Source: a virus. From it: a stretch of DNA of 64,000 nt. Where the stretch lies: positions 32,001-96,000 of IMG/VR virus record IMGVR_UViG_3300025435_000010; one strand, given 5' to 3'. Positions 57,831 to 64,000 of this stretch are shown piece by piece. A model generated the notes under the pieces. The model ran no database searches. It worked only from the letters and a program-made list of their open reading frames with translations, and was not told where the DNA came from. The translations under genes were made by a program, and so were the position numbers. Each line of letters opens with the position of its first letter. Positions within the stretch are counted from its first letter, which is position 1.

Positions 57831-58865
57831 GTGATACTGCCTCAGGAATATATAATTCAAAAATTTTACCAGTACGCAGGCTACCCTAAGTTTAAGAAGA
57901 TTACGAATACCTACGAGGCAGGTTGTCCAATTTGTCGTGAGGGTACATCGTGGTTAAAGAAAAGCAGATGCTATTATATTGTTGAGAAAAATGCAATTTG
58001 CTGTCATAACTGCGGTTGGTATGGTAAACCGCTAAAGTGGATTCAAGAAGTATCAAATCAAACGTACGATGAAATCTTAAAAGAAGTCAGGACTTACGAT
58101 ATTATACCGACTGATATCTCTCAAGAAGAAGAGTCGTTAGATATATCTAAAATAACGCATAAGCTTCCATTAGATTGCATAAATTTGTTCGATCAGCATC
58201 AAGTTGACTATCATAGGAACAATAGTATTGTTCAAAAAGCTCTTGAATTAATAAAGAACAGAAGGCTCAACACAGCAGTTAATAGACCAAATTCATTGTG
58301 GTTATCCTTGACGGACAGAGTACATAAAAACCGTTTAATTATTCCGTTTTACGATGAAAAAGGGAATATTATCTTTTATCAGTCTAGAACTATTATTAGC
58401 CAACCTAACGATAAATTACCTAAGTATCTCAGCAAAATTAATGGCGAAAAATCATTATTCAATCTTAATAAGATTGATACAGATTATGACTATATTTTTA
58501 TTTTTGAAGGTCCAATTGATGCCTTTTTCGTGCAAAACGGTACCGCAGTAGCCGGTATACAGGAGAACAGTAATAACACATTCTCTTCACTCCAACAGAC
58601 CCAGATTAATAATTTTAAACTATCTAAAATGATATGGGTCTTGGATAGTCAGTGGCTAGATAATGCAAGTAAAACTAAGACTCAACGGTTAATTAACGCA
58701 GGTGAGACAGTTTTTATATGGCCAGAAAAAATAGGTAAGTTATATAAAGATTTTAATGATGCGTGTATTGCAGCAAACATTGACGAAATATCACACAAAT
58801 TTATATTATCAAATTCGTATGAAGGGCTGAAAGCAAAACTACTGCTTTCTGAGATAAGATCTTAG
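57831..58865 (+). CDS. gp61: DNA primase (T4 gp61-like)
   Basis: CPIC..CHNCG zinc finger, RLIIPF..YQSR..KYLS, FEGPIDAFF, KDFND. Confidence 0.94.
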   Translation: MILPQEYIIQKFYQYAGYPKFKKITNTYEAGCPICREGTSWLKKSRCYYIVEKNAICCHNCGWYGKPLKWIQEVSNQTYDEILKEVRTYDIIPTDISQEEESLDISKITHKLPLDCINLFDQHQVDYHRNNSIVQKALELIKNRRLNTAVNRPNSLWLSLTDRVHKNRLIIPFYDEKGNIIFYQSRTIISQPNDKLPKYLSKINGEKSLFNLNKIDTDYDYIFIFEGPIDAFFVQNGTAVAGIQENSNNTFSSLQQTQINNFKLSKMIWVLDSQWLDNASKTKTQRLINAGETVFIWPEKIGKLYKDFNDACIAANIDEISHKFILSNSYEGLKAKLLLSEIRS

Positions 58866-59266
58866 TCGTTAGCTGAAGCTAAGTAGCCTTTAAGTGACTG
58901 ACTTAAACTACCGAGATCTGCAGCAAGGCGTGAAATCTTTTTCTTCTCACTTCTTGCAATGTTTTCAAACATTGTATCGCAAGGAGCAGAGTGGAGTTGA
59001 ATTTGCATTGAATTGCTATTTGTATCGTTTAAAAATATGATAAAATCATCGATTTTATTAATCCATTCATGTAGTGTGTTAATTTGCTCAACCTTTACAT
59101 GGTCAATACGCGTCTGCCTTTCAGCAGCTTTTACATCGAAATCAGAAGGTTTTGCTGTATCAAGACTTTGTGCCATAGCTTCTTGATCATTTGCGGGAGC
59201 AGGCTCAGGGACCGGAGCAACATCTGCTTCAAGAATATAATCAAACCTCGACTTAAAATAACTCAT
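58862..59266 (-). CDS. Hypothetical late protein
   Basis: TATAAATA (59272-59279) 5 nt before ATG; leader ..FDYILE|A. Confidence 0.65.
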   Translation of the reverse strand: MSYFKSRFDYILEADVAPVPEPAPANDQEAMAQSLDTAKPSDFDVKAAERQTRIDHVKVEQINTLHEWINKIDDFIIFLNDTNSNSMQIQLHSAPCDTMFENIARSEKKKISRLAADLGSLSQSLKGYLASAND

Positions 59267-59300
59267 AATAGTATTTATAGCTGAGATTAAATAATTTTAC

Positions 59301-59693
59301 ATGAAAAAGAAGGTTCTATTTGAGGATACAGTTTCATACTATAATAAGTGGGTATCTGGTCAAGCTGCACGTGAATTCGGTGCCATTAAAATGAAATTCA
59401 AGGACCTAACTGGACAGGATAAAGGTAAACTAACACAGAGTCCTAACGATGCTAGAGCGAATAATGTATTACCTTTCCCTCTACCGAACACAGCATCAGT
59501 TCTCGGTGATTTGCTTACAAATACAACAAATTCACTAACTTTGTTTAAAGATGCTCTTAAGCATCCGTTAATTAGAGAAGACGAAAAAGCGAAAAAGGAA
59601 ATTGAATTAATTGTTAACTGCTTAAACAAATCACTATTAGATCTCAAACAGATCTTTGTTGTACTTACAAAAAGCGCTAAAGAAGACGCTTGA
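59301..59693 (+). CDS. Hypothetical late protein
   Basis: TAAATA 7 nt before ATG. Confidence 0.6.
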   Translation: MKKKVLFEDTVSYYNKWVSGQAAREFGAIKMKFKDLTGQDKGKLTQSPNDARANNVLPFPLPNTASVLGDLLTNTTNSLTLFKDALKHPLIREDEKAKKEIELIVNCLNKSLLDLKQIFVVLTKSAKEDA

Positions 59694-59718
59694 TTTTAAG
59701 TGTTTATAGCATTATTAT
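59690..59718 (+). promoter_or_regulatory. sigma70-like promoter, likely leaderless
   Basis: TTGATT-17-TATTAT-6 nt-ATG. Confidence 0.6.
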
Positions 59719-59724
59719 ATAGTA

Positions 59725-60138
59725 ATGCTCGGTAAACTTTTAACACAATTAACAGCGCTAATTATAGTTGCTATATTATTTGGCTTACTATTACAACACT
59801 CTGGTGTTAGCTTATTTATAAGCATTCCACTCGGTATAATTCTTCAATTTGGTGTGTATTATGCGTTTATTACTATTCTCAATGCTTTTGTAGAATTAAG
59901 AAATAAAAAGCTTGAAAACGAACGCATTAAAGAATTTAGCCTTCAAGGTCTTGAGGTAACATGTCCTTGTGCTCTAAAGAAAATAGAGTTTGTTCCTATT
60001 ATTCTCAATACCGACAACAAATATACGTGTAATTTTTGTCAAAAAAATGTTAGCGTATATGTCGTACCCGAAACAGCACTTGTAACAGAACCACTTGCTC
60101 TTACACAGATGCCACCAATAATTCCGCTGCCTGAATAA
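59725..60138 (+). CDS. Two-TM membrane protein with C-terminal zinc ribbon
   Basis: Two hydrophobic helices followed by CPC..CNFC. Confidence 0.65.
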   Translation: MLGKLLTQLTALIIVAILFGLLLQHSGVSLFISIPLGIILQFGVYYAFITILNAFVELRNKKLENERIKEFSLQGLEVTCPCALKKIEFVPIILNTDNKYTCNFCQKNVSVYVVPETALVTEPLALTQMPPIIPLPE

Positions 60139-60142
60139 TATA

Positions 60143-60601
60143 ATGGAAATACCTGAAAGTATAAGCAAATTAACGATAGAAGGTGTCGCAGATCAATTTA
60201 CACTCTCATCTCAAAAACAACAAATACCTATTGAGGATTTTATAATTCTACTAAAACAACAACTAAATTTATCAAACTATAAGTCCTTTGAGGAGGGTTT
60301 AGTATACCACAAGAAAGACCCGAAATCCGAAAAAAACTTTATTAAAAATTTATTTTTTTTATATAACGATACCATGGTTAAAGCTATACAAACCTCGAGT
60401 ATTAGCGATGATATAAAGAATGACGTTGTAACAGCGTTCACAACTATTGTCAGTAATACCATGCAAAATATTGATACAATCTATACTCTTACAAGTACTT
60501 TAAATAACAATAAGAATATTATTGACGTTCAAAAAATTCTATACATAATACTCGGATATGTCATCGACACAATTAAGCGAAATAACAACACAAGTAACTG
60601 A
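60143..60601 (+). CDS. Hypothetical protein
   Basis: 152-aa ORF. Confidence 0.55.
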   Translation: MEIPESISKLTIEGVADQFTLSSQKQQIPIEDFIILLKQQLNLSNYKSFEEGLVYHKKDPKSEKNFIKNLFFLYNDTMVKAIQTSSISDDIKNDVVTAFTTIVSNTMQNIDTIYTLTSTLNNNKNIIDVQKILYIILGYVIDTIKRNNNTSN

Positions 60602-60869
60602 CCACAATCAATTTAACATGTCATACGACGAATATGCACGTTGGCTTTGCTTACTCGAGGGCATTGAAATTGTAGGTAAAAGAGTAGAACAACTCAAGAA
60701 ACGCTCGATTGATAGTAGTATTGATTGGATTAAACCACTGGCTTTTCAAAAATATATTGATGAGCGTTTTCTGTCAATGAAGTCAGATCTTGATGAGATC
60801 GAACGACACGAATCAATTACAGCCCCAAAAATTTCATGCACTACATCATTGGTACCAACTTTAGCGTAA
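60558..60869 (+). CDS. Hypothetical protein
   Basis: 103-aa ORF in an overlapping run. Confidence 0.55.
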   Translation: MSSTQLSEITTQVTDHNQFNMSYDEYARWLCLLEGIEIVGKRVEQLKKRSIDSSIDWIKPLAFQKYIDERFLSMKSDLDEIERHESITAPKISCTTSLVPTLA

Positions 60870-61108
60870 AGCCAGATCCTCGACGCAGCTTCCTTGCAAA
60901 GGAAACAGCATTTAATGTGAATATGCAATATAATCTCATTAATATTAAACCTCAAGACAGCGCTCTTGAATATACATTTTATGGTAGCGATGATTCAAAA
61001 GTGACTTTAAAATTCAATACAAGCAAAGATGCAGATCAATTCATTGCTAAGTTGCGAAACGAGAATTTGCCAGTGTATAACCCTGAAATCGGTAAACTCG
61101 ACGTCTAG
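60836..61108 (+). CDS. Hypothetical protein
   Basis: 90-aa ORF. Confidence 0.55.
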   Translation: MHYIIGTNFSVKPDPRRSFLAKETAFNVNMQYNLINIKPQDSALEYTFYGSDDSKVTLKFNTSKDADQFIAKLRNENLPVYNPEIGKLDV

Positions 61109-61845
61109 GCGTAACCACCATATACACTATCATAATCTGTAAGTGTATAATCAAAAACAGATTTAGATGCAACATCAACACTGTAGCTATAAGGTTTATT
61201 GGCGCCTGATACACCAGGATTAAGCGTGTCATCATATACCTGTTGATTAACAGCTTCACCTGACAGACCTGGCTCAAACGACCATTCAAAACGCTTAGCC
61301 TTTATTAGCCAAACATAATGACCAGCGAGCGGATTAATCTGCGCGATATCCTGATCAAGACGTTCAGTTATCTCATAAAAATTACCATTTCGACCATTTG
61401 GACGATCACTACCATATTCTGAGAGCTGAAAAACATCTCCTGACTTTGGCTCGCGACTCGCACCGAATATGGTATAAAAACCGCTAATATGAATAAACGC
61501 TGTTACTTCATCTTCTGATAATAAACCATACTTACTAAGCATGAGAGCGTTTTCATTTAAATTGATCGCTACAGTAATTGGAAGAGGAGGTGCAAACGTT
61601 TGGGTTGGTTGTTCACCGTAAAGCATGTCTGCAGAAAGAACGCTAAATGTATTCACATAATATAGCGTCTGTTGACCGTAGAGATTTATTTGCTCCCTCC
61701 AATAATTGGAATATAAAACTCTTTCACTCTGATTATTATTCTTATCAGTAAAGCGAATACACGTATTATCGACAAAGTTTAAACTACTCGGATAGATCTG
61801 CGGAGTAGGATTACCTGTATAGAAGTCTTTTTCGTTGACGCTCAT
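61105..61845 (-). CDS. gp14: Neck/head closure protein (T4 gp14-like)
   Basis: EQINLYG..YY..LYGE..LSKYGL..PKSGD..FYEI..FEWS. Confidence 0.82.
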   Translation of the reverse strand: MSVNEKDFYTGNPTPQIYPSSLNFVDNTCIRFTDKNNNQSERVLYSNYWREQINLYGQQTLYYVNTFSVLSADMLYGEQPTQTFAPPLPITVAINLNENALMLSKYGLLSEDEVTAFIHISGFYTIFGASREPKSGDVFQLSEYGSDRPNGRNGNFYEITERLDQDIAQINPLAGHYVWLIKAKRFEWSFEPGLSGEAVNQQVYDDTLNPGVSGANKPYSYSVDVASKSVFDYTLTDYDSVYGGYA

Positions 61846-62192
61846 TATTTAGTTAATGTAAAGAATCCAGGTTCATGATGTGGTGCTAGATATATACCAG
61901 TATTACCGAGAGAGCCTTTAAGTTCTTTAAGATTAAATTTTGTACCCAATTGACGAGCTTTAGCTAAGGTAATTGTCTTTGTACCACTATTCATCGTCTT
62001 AAGGGTTTCAAACTCTTGTACAGCATTATTATCATGCTTACAGTACTCTGGGACAGTCTTACCACCAGTTGCAGAGTGTGAATTGACATCCGGAATAATG
62101 TCAGCCATATGACGATGCTGTCTAGCTTTACCGGTTTTTTTATTAAAATGAGGGTTAAACCTTTCGAAAATAAAGTCTTTAAAGCTCTTCAC
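61845..62192 (-). CDS. Putative internal head protein
   Basis: T4 capsid-targeting-like leader MKSFKDFIFE|R; TATAAATA (62198-62205) 5 nt before GTG. Confidence 0.65.
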   Translation of the reverse strand: MKSFKDFIFERFNPHFNKKTGKARQHRHMADIIPDVNSHSATGGKTVPEYCKHDNNAVQEFETLKTMNSGTKTITLAKARQLGTKFNLKELKGSLGNTGIYLAPHHEPGFFTLTK

Positions 62193-62206
62193 AGATATAT
62201 TTATAC

Positions 62207-62236
62207 AAAAAAAAGGGCCTTATTGCTAAGGCCCTT
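62207..62236 (-). terminator. Intrinsic terminator
   Basis: Minus strand: GGGCCTTA-GCAA-TAAGGCCC followed by T8. Confidence 0.88.
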
Positions 62237-62261
62237 AATTTTAATTTGATCTACTTTATTA

Positions 62262-63230
62262 TTAGAGCTTACGGAAGTCGCGAACTGTACCCTTTGGAGC
62301 CTTATAACCATCCTTACCGGTTGCAAAGAGAACCTTACCAACGTTCTTAGAGACCTTTGAGTCAACAGGAACTGGCTTAGCAGGTACTGGTGTTGTATCA
62401 GCTGTATCAGGTACTCCATCGGCAGCACCGTAGAGATGTACTTTAGCATTCTTAGCGCCGAGACCTTCATCCTGACCATTGATCTCACCTTCGCCGATCT
62501 TACCGTCGACGTGATGTGTTGTCCAGGAATCCTTGACTTGATTGCTCTTAGCACCACCAAGTTCCCAAGGATGCTTGCCACCCTTAGCAACAGAACCGGA
62601 AATCTTGATTTCTTCAAGCTCGGTAGCTTCAGCGCTAAAACCGGCTGATTCTTCATCTTCACCCTCTTCACCTTCAAGCTCACCCTCTTCTTCACCGTGC
62701 TGTTCTTCATCAGAACCAAGTACGGCCATAAGAGCATCGTGAAGCTTACCAGCAAGTTCTTTACTAAGGGTAATTGTAACTTCATCACCTTCACCCTCAG
62801 CACCAGGAAGGTCAAGGGCTAAGGCATCATGCTGGTCAGCATCTTCAGGTGAGTGGATATTATCGGACATAACGTCCTCGAAGAGTTTATCAAAAGTAGA
62901 TTTTGTCATAAAATTATTTATAGGCTCTACTTCCATTTTTTCGGGGGCTAACGATAATTTTTCTACTCCCGTGAAAGTTGACTTGCCCTTAGCGTCCTTA
63001 GCTTCAAGGGGCTTAACGAGAGATTTTCCATTTTCATTGCTCATAGGTCCACGTTTATCAAAGGCCTTTGTTTTAAATCCCTTAGGTAAAACAACGTCAG
63101 ACGTCTTTTTACCTGCTCTGGCGAAAGTGTCTTTACCGATACCTTTAAGGTTGTTCTTCTTGGCTGCCTCAGTAAGTATTGTAGAGGCGTAGAATTCACC
63201 CATTTCAACGAGATTGCGTGCTTTATTCAT
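62262..63230 (-). CDS. Putative abundant prohead core/internal protein (basic N-terminal part, acidic middle)
   Basis: 322 aa; TATAAATA at 63242-63249; E/G-rich tract; own terminator. Confidence 0.65.
   Translation of the reverse strand: MNKARNLVEMGEFYASTILTEAAKKNNLKGIGKDTFARAGKKTSDVVLPKGFKTKAFDKRGPMSNENGKSLVKPLEAKDAKGKSTFTGVEKLSLAPEKMEVEPINNFMTKSTFDKLFEDVMSDNIHSPEDADQHDALALDLPGAEGEGDEVTITLSKELAGKLHDALMAVLGSDEEQHGEEEGELEGEEGEDEESAGFSAEATELEEIKISGSVAKGGKHPWELGGAKSNQVKDSWTTHHVDGKIGEGEINGQDEGLGAKNAKVHLYGAADGVPDTADTTPVPAKPVPVDSKVSKNVGKVLFATGKDGYKAPKGTVRDFRKL
62915..62922 (-). promoter_or_regulatory. Internal T4-type late promoter for an in-frame shorter isoform
   Basis: TATAAATA-5 nt-ATG (62909), in frame with 62262..63230. 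Confidence 0.6.
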
Positions 63231-63253
63231 ATATGCTTAATTATTTATACTAA

Positions 63254-64000
63254 ATGGCTACTAAAAAAGAGAAACAACAGTTTTATCTTGGTAATGAAAA
63301 CTTACCGACACCTGATGCTTTATTTGATTATGAATCAAATCCGGAGTGGATTAAAGATATTGAAAAGTGTAAAAAGAATATTTTGTACTTTGCTGAGAAT
63401 TTCTTTTTTATTACTAACCTCGATGAAGGCAAGATTAAGATCAAGTTACATCTATTCCAAAAGCGTATATTGAGAAGTATGAGAGACAATCGATTTGTCT
63501 GTCTACTTGCCTCTAGACAGATCGGTAAAACGACTCTTATGACAATTTACGCTCTTTGGATTGTCTGCTTTCAAACCGATCAACGTATTCTCATTGTAGC
63601 TAACAAGGAAGCAACGGCTATCAATATTTTTAAGCGTGTTAGAATGGCTTATGAGTTATTGCCAAATTATCTTAAGCCTGGTATTTTAGAGTATGGTAAA
63701 ACCTCAATGGCTTTGGCCAATGGCTCAAGTATTGGTATTAGTACTACAAGTAGTGATGCTGGTCGTGGTGACTCAGTAAACGTTGTTCTTTTAGATGAGT
63801 TAGCCTTTATTGATAACCATCTAGTAGAAGAATTCTGGGCATCTGTCTACCCAATTATATCATCTTCAAAGAAATCTAAGATATTTGTAGCTAGTACACC
63901 AAACGGAACAGGTAACCTATTCCATGAATTATATGAAGGTGCGTTAGAGAGTGACCCTGAAAAACATAATGGATGGAAGGCAGAGCGTGTAGATTGGTGG
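63254..64000 (+). CDS. gp17: Terminase large subunit (T4 gp17-like), 3' truncated by window edge
   Basis: Manual translation MATKKEKQQFYLGNENLP..YFAENF..FQKRIL..ASRQIGKTT..ILIVANK..LLDELAFI..ASTPNG. Confidence 0.95.
   Translation, partial: MATKKEKQQFYLGNENLPTPDALFDYESNPEWIKDIEKCKKNILYFAENFFFITNLDEGKIKIKLHLFQKRILRSMRDNRFVCLLASRQIGKTTLMTIYALWIVCFQTDQRILIVANKEATAINIFKRVRMAYELLPNYLKPGILEYGKTSMALANGSSIGISTTSSDAGRGDSVNVVLLDELAFIDNHLVEEFWASVYPIISSSKKSKIFVASTPNGTGNLFHELYEGALESDPEKHNGWKAERVDWW

Noticed and set aside
1-64000. CRISPR array, tRNA or rRNA genes
   Set aside because: No regularly spaced direct repeats or cloverleaf/T-loop signatures noticed, and intergenic gaps are mostly under 100 nt. 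Not confirmed with tRNAscan.
1-64000. Stop-codon reassignment
   Set aside because: Core genes are full length in the standard code, and TAA, TGA and TAG all end genes (e.g. TAG at 47480).

Overview
This 64 kb window comes from an AT-rich, T4-like (myovirus-type) bacteriophage genome in the standard genetic code, with a gene order strongly rearranged relative to T4. It holds head and neck genes (gp23, gp22, gp21, gp20, gp4, gp13, gp14, gp15 and the 5' part of terminase gp17) and a replication/recombination core (gp43, gp41, gp61, gp32, gp45, gp62, gp46/47, UvsX/Y/W, late sigma gp55, plus a DinG-like helicase). Accessory content includes a dispersed 7-deazaguanine pathway (folE, queD, queE, queC, queF, a stand-alone Gat domain, DUF366), a ~12 kb glycan-biosynthesis island, PhoH, GroES and two GIY-YIG nucleases. 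Five observations stand out. (1) An 82-aa ORF copies a 24-residue stretch of the major capsid N-arm (20/24 identical) almost entirely with different synonymous codons. (2) A three-gene nucleotidyl-transfer operon (Pol-beta NTase, KxDG ligase, NMNAT-like enzyme) carries T4 capsid-targeting-like leaders and may be an injected enzyme module. (3) Both sigma70-like and T4-late-like promoters sit 5-9 nt before start codons, which suggests widespread leaderless mRNAs. (4) An internal late promoter creates a nested in-frame isoform of an acidic head protein. (5) An L-S-[A/G/S] motif recurs in virion proteins and could be a glycosylation site. All product calls come from motifs recognised by eye; no database searches were run.
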